This document shows positions 5,956-13,357 of a stretch of DNA of 64,000 nucleotides, one piece after another. How positions within the stretch are numbered: position 1 is the stretch's first letter; each line of letters opens with the position of its first letter. Both the position numbers and the translations under genes were made by a program. The DNA lies in the IMG/VR virus record IMGVR_UViG_3300045988_103180; one strand, 5' to 3'. Origin of the DNA: a virus. A model generated the notes under the pieces. That model had not been told where the DNA came from. It saw only the letters and a program-made list of their open reading frames with translations, and searched no databases.

Positions 5956-6855
5956 ATGAAAGTAGCGGTTATGAATTTTAAGACTTTTGAAGGAAATTCT
6001 GGCGATATATGGAAGTATGTCTTTACGAAAGAAGATATGGTCGCCGAAGCGGTTCTATATAAATATAATAGTTACTACGATAGAACTGTAATTTGTTGCA
6101 GCGTTATGAGTGGTTGTCCTGTTGGATGTCTCTTTTGCGGCACTGGTTCTAAATTTGTTAGGAATCTTACTGCTGATGAAATTGTAGATCAGATTGTAAC
6201 CGTCTTAACTAATAAAGGTTTAATTAATGACATTAATGAAAAGTGTAAAAAATTACAGTTTATGTTTATGAGCATGGGTGAGCCTATGTTAAATTGGGTA
6301 GAAGTTGAAAAAGCAATTGTCAATCTTCATAAAAAGTTTAGTAATGCTCAGTTACTACTTTCGACTATTGGCTGTGATAATGATGAAACTTTTGCAAAGA
6401 TGATTGCTCTATCTAAGAAGATAGATAAAATTGGTTTGCAATTTTCTATTCATAAGTCCAATGACGCAGAGCGGAATGTGTTAATTCCATTCAAGAAGAA
6501 AATGAATCTTCAAAAGATTAGGGATGTTGGAACTGTTTGGTGGAAAGAAACCGGTAGGCATCCATTCTTAAACTACTGCATTGATGGAACGAATAATGAA
6601 GATAAGAACTTTAAAGAACTTACAGACCTGTTTTCTCCTGTAATCTTTAATTTTACTTTTAGTGTAGTTTGCGCATCTGATGAAACTATGAAAGATGCTG
6701 CGTTTAGAAACTTAGATGTTATTAAGAAGTTTCAGGATAAGTTCTTAGAAAAGGGTTATAATGTAAGGACATTTGACCCAGCTGGTCAAGATGATATTGG
6801 TGGTGGGTGCGGCCAGCTTTGGTATGTTCAGAAGTGGCTAAAGTCTCACCAATAG
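5956..6855 (+). CDS. radical SAM RNA methyltransferase, RlmN/Cfr family (N-terminally short)
   Basis: CCSVMSGCPVGCLFC (CX3CX2C plus a Cys 7 residues upstream as in RlmN), MSMGEPMLN, LSTIG, C-terminal DDIGGGCGQL as in RlmN ..DIxAACGQL. Confidence 0.85.
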   Translation: MKVAVMNFKTFEGNSGDIWKYVFTKEDMVAEAVLYKYNSYYDRTVICCSVMSGCPVGCLFCGTGSKFVRNLTADEIVDQIVTVLTNKGLINDINEKCKKLQFMFMSMGEPMLNWVEVEKAIVNLHKKFSNAQLLLSTIGCDNDETFAKMIALSKKIDKIGLQFSIHKSNDAERNVLIPFKKKMNLQKIRDVGTVWWKETGRHPFLNYCIDGTNNEDKNFKELTDLFSPVIFNFTFSVVCASDETMKDAAFRNLDVIKKFQDKFLEKGYNVRTFDPAGQDDIGGGCGQLWYVQKWLKSHQ

Positions 6856-6876
6856 TTTAAAAGCAGTTACAGTAAT

Positions 6877-6948
6877 GCGAAATTCGTACAACGGTTAGGA
6901 CATCCTGCTTATAACGGGAAGACGAAAGTTCAACTCTTTCATTTCGTA
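6877..6948 (+). tRNA. tRNA-Ile (UAU)
   Basis: GCGAAAT/ATTTCGT, TCCTG-CTTATAA-CGGGA, GAAAG-TTCAACT-CTTTC. Confidence 0.75.
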
Positions 6949-6963
6949 CCTCTAACTTTTTTC

Positions 6964-6993
6964 TTGACAATTGCATATTGAATATGATATAAT
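6964..6993 (+). promoter_or_regulatory. early-class promoter (drives permuted tRNA-like RNA 2, tRNA array and radical SAM gene)
   Basis: tttttcTTGACA-18-TATAATata. Confidence 0.7.
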
Positions 6994-6998
6994 ATAGT

Positions 6999-7213
6999 TA
7001 TCAAGTCGAGCATAGAGCAGATGTGGGTTCGACTCCCATCCTTGCCCGACAAGGGCGAGGTAGTTTAATTGGTTAAATACGGTTCTTACGTTCGACTAGA
7101 TATATAGAAAATATAGGAAATAGCTTAACCCTATATTTTCAACTTCTAAAGCCTAGCTAGCTTTAGATTAAAAGGTTCGCAACTATCCTTAAAATGGTTG
7201 CCACTAGTGACGG
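6999..7213 (+). ncRNA. second circularly permuted tRNA-like module (6999..7102) plus two long hairpins, leading the tRNA array
   Basis: Same architecture and same GACAA cap as 1906..1995; closing stem TATC-A-AGTCGA / TCGACT-A-GATA; hairpins 7107..7139 and 7146..7168. Confidence 0.6.
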
Positions 7214-7214
7214 T

Positions 7215-7286
7215 GTGTTAGTAGTTTAACTGGCAGAATTGCAAGGTGACGTTCTTGAGATTGGAGTTCGAATCTCCACTAGCGCA
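7215..7286 (+). tRNA. tRNA-like gene with non-canonical anticodon arm (identity undetermined)
   Basis: GTGTTAG/CTAGCGC, T arm TGGAG-TTCGAAT-CTCCA, but anticodon arm CAAG(G)-TGACGT-(T)CTTG gives a 6- or 8-nt loop. Confidence 0.5.
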
Positions 7287-7293
7287 CGAAAAT

Positions 7294-7365
7294 TTCTCTA
7301 TGGTGTAATTGGCAGCACAACGGATTTTGGTTCCGTTAGTTTATGTTCGAGTCATAATAGAGAAG
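7294..7365 (+). tRNA. tRNA-Gln (UUG)
   Basis: TTCTCTA/TAGAGAA (U1-A72), ACGGA-TTTTGGT-TCCGT, TTATG-TTCGAGT-CATAA. Confidence 0.8.
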
Positions 7366-7372
7366 CCAACAT

Positions 7373-7445
7373 GTCCATGTAGCTCAGTAGGTAGAGCAGC
7401 AGACTGAAAATCTGCGTGTCGGTAGTTCAATTCTACCCGTGGACA
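7373..7445 (+). tRNA. tRNA-Phe (GAA)
   Basis: GTCCATG/CGTGGAC, GCAGA-CTGAAAA-TCTGC, GGTAG-TTCAATT-CTACC. Confidence 0.85.
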
Positions 7446-7453
7446 CCTTATAT

Positions 7454-7526
<73 letters not shown>

Positions 7527-7541
7527 CCTTTAGTTTTCTTT

Positions 7542-7615
7542 GGCAGTGTAGCTTAGATGGTTAGAGCGCACGGCTCATACCCGTGAGGTCATTAGTTCAA
7601 ATCTAATCACTGTCA
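7542..7615 (+). tRNA. tRNA-Met or Ile2 (CAU), elongator type
   Basis: GGCAGTG/CACTGTC (G1-C72), CACGG-CTCATAC-CCGTG, ATTAG-TTCAAAT-CTAAT. Confidence 0.8.
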
Positions 7616-7623
7616 CCTTATAT

Positions 7624-7708
7624 GCGGCTATGGCGGAAGTGGCAGACGCGCTAGCTTTAGGTACTAGTGGGGAAACCCATGCAGGTTCGATTCCTGCTAG
7701 CCGCACCA
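7624..7708 (+). tRNA. tRNA-Leu (UAG), type II, CCA encoded
   Basis: GCGGCTA/TAGCCGC, anticodon loop TTTAGGT, variable arm TGGG-GAAA-CCCA, GCAGG-TTCGATT-CCTGC, ACCA. Confidence 0.75.
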
Positions 7709-7723
7709 AGTATTTTGTTTTGA

Positions 7724-8500
7724 ATGGATGTAATTATGTGTAATTATATTGACCACATTGATGCTGTTATTACTCATTATTGTAATTTTAACTGTCCTTT
7801 TTGTATTGATAAATTTAAAACAAATATTAAGAATCCTCAGAATGAATTTAATAAAGAATATTTTAATGATTTTTTAAATTCTTTAAATAAAAAAGAAAGT
7901 TCTGGCGATATTAAGATTAATTCTAATCGTGAGGTTCTATTTTTGGGTGGTGAACCAACAACTGTTGGTTTTAATTTACTGAAGGATTATGCTAATATTG
8001 TTAGTCGTAATGGTTTTCATCCAATTATATCAACTAATGGTGTTGATAAAAACACAATTAAAAAGATTCTTCCATATTTCGATTGGGTACAGGTAACGGC
8101 TCATAGCAAGAAAGAGATTGATGAATGGCGTACGTATAATACGTATGGGAATATCAATCTTAAAATTGCTGGAGATAGTCATTTTACGTATGATAAGTTA
8201 AATTATTTAATTGATAATTGTAAAGATTTTACTCGTCGTAGCGTATCCATGTATTTTACAAAAGATTTTGTTGAATTATGTAAAGATAAAGAAATTTGGA
8301 ATCTTTTAGATTCTTTAAATAATTGGAAAACCAATGGAAGTTACGAGTATGCTTTTTATAAAGATGTTCGTATTAAGAAATGTATACATGGATTAACAAA
8401 TATTATTGATGAACCCACTGTCCCAAAGATTTATGATAAGAAATATAATAAAACATGGGATAATGAAGAATTAGATGATTATTTAAATCTATTTATATAG
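7724..8500 (+). CDS. radical SAM domain protein, substrate unknown
   Basis: HYCNFNCPFC (CX3CX2C) and LFLGGEPT motifs; very AT-rich; directly follows the tRNA array; start 7724 or 7736. Confidence 0.75.
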   Translation: MDVIMCNYIDHIDAVITHYCNFNCPFCIDKFKTNIKNPQNEFNKEYFNDFLNSLNKKESSGDIKINSNREVLFLGGEPTTVGFNLLKDYANIVSRNGFHPIISTNGVDKNTIKKILPYFDWVQVTAHSKKEIDEWRTYNTYGNINLKIAGDSHFTYDKLNYLIDNCKDFTRRSVSMYFTKDFVELCKDKEIWNLLDSLNNWKTNGSYEYAFYKDVRIKKCIHGLTNIIDEPTVPKIYDKKYNKTWDNEELDDYLNLFI

Positions 8501-8502
8501 TT

Positions 8503-9250
8503 TAAGACAGTATTAAATACAGAATAATGATAACTCGCAGCGCTTCTTTATAGCGAAACTTGACAGAGAGAGGTTTAATACTGTTTATAATGGGGGCATG
8601 GATATAGTCATGATGTAGCTAGATTCTCATGGATGATGACAGCTTAACCAATTCTGGTTCGAGTCCAGGCGTGTCTTAGCTTAGACGGAAAATAAGCAGC
8701 CATGTGTTTATGATTATGTTATTTTGCAAAAGACATGTAGTGTAATTGGCAACACGCCCTACTTTCGGAGTAGATAACCAGCGGGGAGCTGGGTTTGCCT
8801 GCTAAGCAAAACGTGCTTATTATAAGCATTCGGGTCGGAACCGAATTACTCCGCCATATAATACCTGCCCCTATTGGCAGTGGTTTTTAAGATTTTCCCG
8901 AAAAAAATCTTTTGCGGTAGAATAGGCAACGCCGCACAGCTATTCGAGAGGATAGCGAGCCTTCTCGCTAGGAGATAAGCGAGTGCTTTCACGGAGTAAT
9001 TGGTGAGCTGAAACACCGTAAAAACAGACCCTCTGGATGCGCCGTGAATACGCATCCTGCTTTGGCTAATCAACTGGTCCAGCGACTAGGCCCGCCTAGA
9101 AAGCGGTGCGTTCCCAAGAGGGAATGGAGGGCAGCACTTCGGTTAGCCGCCATAAGGAAGCAGAACCGGACCAGTGTTCGGACTCGCCTCGAAAGCGATG
9201 TGTCCCGCGAGGGATGGGTAGCGTCAACTCCTGCTTCTGCCATATATTAC
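8503..9250 (+). ncRNA. large GC-rich structured non-coding region (unclassified)
   Basis: About 750 nt with no credible CDS between radical-SAM stop and terminator 9252..9289. Many GC helices, GNRA-type loops, duplicated two-hairpin module. Contains tRNA-like pieces. Confidence 0.55.
8767..8856 (+). tRNA. tRNA-Ser (GCU)-like element embedded in a larger structured RNA, CCA encoded
   Basis: GGAGTAG/TTACTCC+G+CCA, TTTGC-CTGCTAA-GCAAA, 6-7 bp variable arm; atypical D arm (CCAGC-GGGGA-GCTGG) and T-loop GTCGGAA. Confidence 0.45.
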
Positions 9251-9251
9251 G

Positions 9252-9289
9252 TAGGGTAACTTCTTTTATAGAAGTTACCCTATTTTTTT
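9252..9289 (+). terminator. rho-independent terminator closing the tRNA/radical-SAM/large-RNA unit
   Basis: TAGGGTAACTTC-TTTTATA-GAAGTTACCCTA + T7. Confidence 0.8.
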
Positions 9290-9290
9290 A

Positions 9291-9320
9291 TTGACATACA
9301 GCAATTCAAAATGATATAAT
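9291..9320 (+). promoter_or_regulatory. early-class promoter
   Basis: TTGACA-18-TATAATata plus leader. Confidence 0.7.
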
Positions 9321-9354
9321 ATATTTAAAGAAAAGCCAAGAGAAAGGTTATCTC

Positions 9355-9708
9355 ATGAGCAACACCGATGATATGCTTTATGAACAGTGTAAGTGTATTT
9401 CAGAAGAACTTGATGAACTTGTAGACAAATATAATAATTCTGATGACTGCGATGAATTCATAGAATATTTTGACGATAACTATGGAATTGACTATATATG
9501 GCGTATGGGTGTAGGCCTTATCGGTGTGCGCGTTCTTGTTGCTTTTGGTGGCCCCAATATCTATATTGATACTTTTGATGGCGTTGTCCGTGGCTACTGG
9601 GGCAGCACGCAGTCCTATCCTTTGCATTATAATGTAGTTGATACTCTCAATGACTATTTTGAGGATTGCGCGGCAGAAAATATTTATTTTGATAGTCATC
9701 GTAATTAA
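9355..9708 (+). CDS. hypothetical acidic protein
   Basis: 117-aa ORF behind promoter 9291..9320 and conserved leader. Confidence 0.7.
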   Translation: MSNTDDMLYEQCKCISEELDELVDKYNNSDDCDEFIEYFDDNYGIDYIWRMGVGLIGVRVLVAFGGPNIYIDTFDGVVRGYWGSTQSYPLHYNVVDTLNDYFEDCAAENIYFDSHRN

Positions 9709-9712
9709 TATC

Positions 9713-9741
9713 TTGATTATTGGCTTTATATCTAGTATAAT
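9713..9741 (+). promoter_or_regulatory. early-class promoter
   Basis: TTGATT-17-TATAATata plus leader. Confidence 0.65.
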
Positions 9742-9775
9742 ATATTTAAAGAAAGCTAAGAGAAAGAAATATAAG

Positions 9776-10150
9776 ATGCCTACTTTCATTTGTACTGTGT
9801 GTCAAAATAGAATTAAAGAACATGGCAGCAATGTCGATTGTGGATATTATAACGATACTCGTCAGATGATTGAAGACACGACAAAGTTATATGATAAAAG
9901 TTTTCTTTGTCCGCATTTTTGTCACGTTAGGTATCACAATATAGGTGTATGTAAATCAAAGAAAAAATACGCTAACAGATATGATGCGTTATGTGCGGCT
10001 AAGATGATATTCGTCAATAGCTCAAAAACCTTGCGTCCATATAAGTGCAAGATGTGCAAGTTTTGGCATTTAACGCATCAGTATAATAGCAATTATAATC
10101 CAGAAAAAGAGTACGATAAAGCTAGAAAAGCAAACCGCTTGTATGATTAG
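9776..10150 (+). CDS. Cys/His-rich zinc-finger-like protein
   Basis: ORF trimmed to ATG 9776 behind leader agctaagagaaag; CxxC pairs and YKCKMCKFWHLTH. Confidence 0.65.
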   Translation: MPTFICTVCQNRIKEHGSNVDCGYYNDTRQMIEDTTKLYDKSFLCPHFCHVRYHNIGVCKSKKKYANRYDALCAAKMIFVNSSKTLRPYKCKMCKFWHLTHQYNSNYNPEKEYDKARKANRLYD

Positions 10151-10159
10151 GAGATAAAT

Positions 10160-10639
10160 ATGGCTAATCTTTATATTCTTGCAGGTATCCCAGGCTGCGG
10201 CAAGTCGTTTTGGGCGCATGAGCATAGCGCTGAACTTGATGCCAAGATTGTTTCGCGTGATTATATCCGCTTTGAGTATATGGCAAATGACCCTGATTTT
10301 CTTCCTTCTATGGATTACTTTAAGTATGAGAGTGACGTTATTAAGGATTTCTATAGTCAGATTAACGACAATCTTTGCAATGATATTAATGTTATTGCAG
10401 ATGCTACTCATATCTCTTGGAAGTCGCTTCGCAAGACCGTTGAGAATTGCGGCAAGAACGCCGATAAGATTATTCTTGTATACTTCAATCGTGGCCTTGA
10501 CATTGCTTTACCGCAGAATGCTAAGCGCGGAGATGTTGAACATGTACCCGAGGATGTTATCAAGCGCATGTGGGCTGGTCGTTATATGCCTGCTCGCGCT
10601 AAAGCCAAGGGTCTTGTAGGCGAGTATATGATTGTATAG
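10160..10639 (+). CDS. P-loop polynucleotide 5'-kinase-like protein (T4 Pnk kinase-domain type)
   Basis: GIPGCGKSFWA Walker A, SRDYIR, ADATH, QNAKRGDVEHVPEDVIKRMW parallel the T4 Pnk kinase domain (recalled from memory). Confidence 0.75.
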   Translation: MANLYILAGIPGCGKSFWAHEHSAELDAKIVSRDYIRFEYMANDPDFLPSMDYFKYESDVIKDFYSQINDNLCNDINVIADATHISWKSLRKTVENCGKNADKIILVYFNRGLDIALPQNAKRGDVEHVPEDVIKRMWAGRYMPARAKAKGLVGEYMIV

Positions 10640-10645
10640 GTGAAT

Positions 10646-10861
10646 ATGAAAAAAGATACCGTATATGTTTTTAAGCAGATTTTAGATGCTATCCAAGAGC
10701 AAGAAATATCTAGTTCATCTATTGGTTTTGAATATTGCGTATATGAAATGCCGCAAAAAGAATGCGAAGATATATGTATAATCTTGCAGAAACTTGGGTA
10801 TAATGCAATTATAGGACATAGACTCGGAAGTGAGTCTACAATTACAGTGATGAAAGAGTAG
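10646..10861 (+). CDS. hypothetical protein
   Basis: ORF trimmed to ATG 10646 behind AGGTG. Confidence 0.55.
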   Translation: MKKDTVYVFKQILDAIQEQEISSSSIGFEYCVYEMPQKECEDICIILQKLGYNAIIGHRLGSESTITVMKE

Positions 10862-10863
10862 AT

Positions 10864-11175
10864 ATGTGTACATTTGATTATCCAGAACATTATAATTATC
10901 TTACAAAAGACCAGCAGGAGAGCGTTCTAAGCTGGTTCAATACCACGAAAGACATTGAGCGCAGTATTATCAGCACTTCTGTAAAGAGCAAGTCTGAACG
11001 TGAGCTAAAGGCTTTCTCTGAGAACCGTGAACGTTATGAGACGCAGCTTCGCGGAGCACAGTCAATTTTGCGTTCAATGGGCGTCTTTGTTGAATACAAT
11101 TGGCCGGGCCATGAGCATGAGTATTTTCTAGCTACTGCGGCAGATGCCGAGCGTTATCGCAAGGAGCATGAATAA
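10864..11175 (+). CDS. hypothetical protein
   Basis: 103-aa ORF, tightly packed in operon. Confidence 0.65.
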   Translation: MCTFDYPEHYNYLTKDQQESVLSWFNTTKDIERSIISTSVKSKSERELKAFSENRERYETQLRGAQSILRSMGVFVEYNWPGHEHEYFLATAADAERYRKEHE

Positions 11176-11369
11176 TGGCCGCATGTATTCATGGAGACGT
11201 ATGCCGTGCATGGATGCGACAGACAGGCAGTATTGCACCATTGCGTGCATCTTGTCCTAATTGTCCTTGGTTTGAGCCTAAGTATCGCCCTTGTGATACT
11301 TGGTTTAATAGAGATTGTATGCGCGATTGGCAAGGTCGCCCAGTCGTAACTTGTCGCGCGATGATTTAG
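11175..11369 (+). CDS. small Cys-rich protein
   Basis: 64-aa ORF, start overlaps upstream stop (ATAATG). Confidence 0.55.
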   Translation: MAACIHGDVCRAWMRQTGSIAPLRASCPNCPWFEPKYRPCDTWFNRDCMRDWQGRPVVTCRAMI

Positions 11370-11380
11370 AAAGGTATTTT

Positions 11381-11656
11381 ATGATTGCTAATGATGCCCG
11401 CACAATGGTATATGATACTCTTTATAAGTATGATTATGACATTCCCCAAGAGTTAGAAGATAAAATCAATGAAGAGATTATTGCTGCGGCAGAGCGTATG
11501 AAGTTTCGTTGTAAGGTCGAGCTTTTCCCCTGTGATGATGAACGAGCGCAGGATGTAGAATTTCGCCGCAGTATTGTTGTGTATTATCATAGTTTAGGTT
11601 ATAATTGTTACGTGACACCTTGTAACGGTCATTTTGTTTTAGTAGTGGAGTGGTAA
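11381..11656 (+). CDS. hypothetical protein
   Basis: ORF 11315..11656 trimmed to ATG 11381 behind GAAAGG. Confidence 0.6.
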   Translation: MIANDARTMVYDTLYKYDYDIPQELEDKINEEIIAAAERMKFRCKVELFPCDDERAQDVEFRRSIVVYYHSLGYNCYVTPCNGHFVLVVEW

Positions 11657-11658
11657 AT

Positions 11659-11949
11659 ATGTTTTTTGTTATGATGGACTGGTTTGAAGATGGTGTTGAT
11701 TCCTATCGTGGAATGAAGGTAATTCCTATTCTAGATAGTGATGCAGATATTGCACTTTTCCTCGCACATGATATTGCCTACAATATGGACGCTTGGGAAG
11801 AGTATGAGAAGCCGCACGATGTATATGTATTCCATAGTGATAACGGTATCTTCGATGAAGAAGATAACTTTGTATGTTCTTACTTAGATTGCGATAAATT
11901 CACCAAATGCGGCGAACGCAAGTTTAATGGACGAATTCCTAAGTACTAA
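11659..11949 (+). CDS. hypothetical protein
   Basis: ORF trimmed to ATG 11659; terminator 11953..11979 follows. Confidence 0.6.
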   Translation: MFFVMMDWFEDGVDSYRGMKVIPILDSDADIALFLAHDIAYNMDAWEEYEKPHDVYVFHSDNGIFDEEDNFVCSYLDCDKFTKCGERKFNGRIPKY

Positions 11950-11952
11950 TGG

Positions 11953-11979
11953 TAGGGCTAGAAATAGCCCTATTTTTTT
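11953..11979 (+). terminator. rho-independent terminator
   Basis: TAGGGCTA-GAAA-TAGCCCTA + T7. Confidence 0.75.
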
Positions 11980-11980
11980 C

Positions 11981-12009
11981 TTGTAGTAAGCCATATAAAA
12001 TGATATAAT
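11981..12009 (+). promoter_or_regulatory. early-class promoter
   Basis: TTGTAG-17-TATAATata. Confidence 0.6.
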
Positions 12010-12041
12010 ATATTTAAGAAATGAAGCAGAAAGGATTTTAT

Positions 12042-12974
12042 ATGGCTTCTGAGTTTGGTTTTCGCCCATGCAAGATTGAAGATTTGAAAGGACAACCAAA
12101 AGTCCAAAAGATGCTGCAAATCTATATTAAGGCGGCACAGATTAAGAAGGAATCTTTCCCGCATACGATTATCACAGGCCAGTCTGGTTGCGGCAAGACC
12201 GCTACGGCTAATGTAATCGCACACGAGCTTGGATATGGGTTTAAGGCTTTCTCTGGCCCTGCGATTAATGATAAGAAGGTAATTGACGAGATTCTTCTTA
12301 ATCTTAAAGAGAATGACGTGCTCTTTATCGACGAAATTCATAGAATTAGCCAAAGATTGCAAGAGTCTCTATATTTTGCAATGGAGCAGTTCCAAGCAGA
12401 TGTTGTAGTGGACGGAGTGGCGACAAGGGTGAGCTTGCCGCATTTTACTCTTATTGCCGCAACTAATCTTTATGGTGGTCTTAACGATGCGCTTTTGAAC
12501 CGTTTCCCTATTCAAATTAAATTAGCCGCATATTCTAAAGCTGATATGGCATCTATCGTAGAGAAGATTTGTCAAGAGAAGAAAATTAAGATTGATGAAG
12601 AGAGTGTCTATAAGATTGCGGCAACTACTCGCGGTATTCCACGCAATGCCAACTCTTATGTAGCCCGTGTATATGATTTTGCATTGGTGATGAATGATGG
12701 TGTAATCAATCCTGAAATTGTTGATGAAGCCCTATATGTGATGGGAATTAATAAGTTTGGTCTTAATCAAGATGATATGGATTATATGAATTTCCTTAAC
12801 AGTAATACTCGTGCTGTAGGTGTGGATACAATTTGTCTTACTCTTGGCATGGATAAAGATACTGTGCAAACAAAGATTGAGCCTTATCTGCTATCCAAGT
12901 GTTATATTCAAAAGCAGCCGCGTGGTCGTGTCATCACCGATTTAGGTCGTGCAATGATGGAAGAGTGTGAATAA
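12042..12974 (+). CDS. ruvB: RuvB-like AAA+ ATPase (Holliday junction branch migration motor homolog)
   Basis: GQSGCGKT Walker A, VLFIDEIHRI Walker B, FTLIAATN, TRGIPRNAN, C-terminal PRGRVIT; collinear with RuvB over full length. Confidence 0.8.
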   Translation: MASEFGFRPCKIEDLKGQPKVQKMLQIYIKAAQIKKESFPHTIITGQSGCGKTATANVIAHELGYGFKAFSGPAINDKKVIDEILLNLKENDVLFIDEIHRISQRLQESLYFAMEQFQADVVVDGVATRVSLPHFTLIAATNLYGGLNDALLNRFPIQIKLAAYSKADMASIVEKICQEKKIKIDEESVYKIAATTRGIPRNANSYVARVYDFALVMNDGVINPEIVDEALYVMGINKFGLNQDDMDYMNFLNSNTRAVGVDTICLTLGMDKDTVQTKIEPYLLSKCYIQKQPRGRVITDLGRAMMEECE

Positions 12975-13339
12975 TGGACGCAGAAACTATTCAAGAGATT
13001 GCGAATCAACTTGGCATTACAGTTGATGAAGTTACCAAAGAAGCGATTCCCGCTTTTGCTCAATTTGAAATAGGACATAATATTTTCGGAGTTATTATGT
13101 TTGGATGTTTATTTGCGGTAACTTTAGCTTTAACTGTATTTTTTATGAAAAAGGGCATAATTGAAAAAAGAAATGGCGATTTAAATCCAAACTACGATTC
13201 AAGTCTTTATTTTATAATTGGTACTCTCGCTGCACTTTGTGCAACAGTATTTTTTGTTCTTTCGGTTAATGCAATTTCGTCCGTTACTCTTTGGATATAT
13301 TCTCCTTATGGCTCTTTTATTAATTATATCCTTAATTAG
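12974..13339 (+). CDS. membrane protein (paralog A)
   Basis: N-terminus ETIQEIANQLGI.. shared with 13358..13750; hydrophobic segments. Confidence 0.65.
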   Translation: MDAETIQEIANQLGITVDEVTKEAIPAFAQFEIGHNIFGVIMFGCLFAVTLALTVFFMKKGIIEKRNGDLNPNYDSSLYFIIGTLAALCATVFFVLSVNAISSVTLWIYSPYGSFINYILN

Positions 13340-13357
13340 TTAGAAAGAATGTGAACA

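Noticed and set aside
8870-9250. RNase P RNA, tmRNA or a group II intron domain for the GC-rich RNA
   Set aside because: I could not find the RNase P CR-I GAGGAAAGUCC-type box, a tRNA-like 3' end with a tag ORF, or a domain-V-like hairpin. The class is left open pending a covariance-model search.
8846-9294. Three overlapping ORFs (8846..9073 minus, 9044..9259 plus, 9106..9294 plus) in the GC-rich segment
   Set aside because: They have no SD or promoter logic, they overlap each other, and their composition is Arg/Ser/Pro-rich junk. The region is better explained by dense RNA helices, so it was treated as non-coding.
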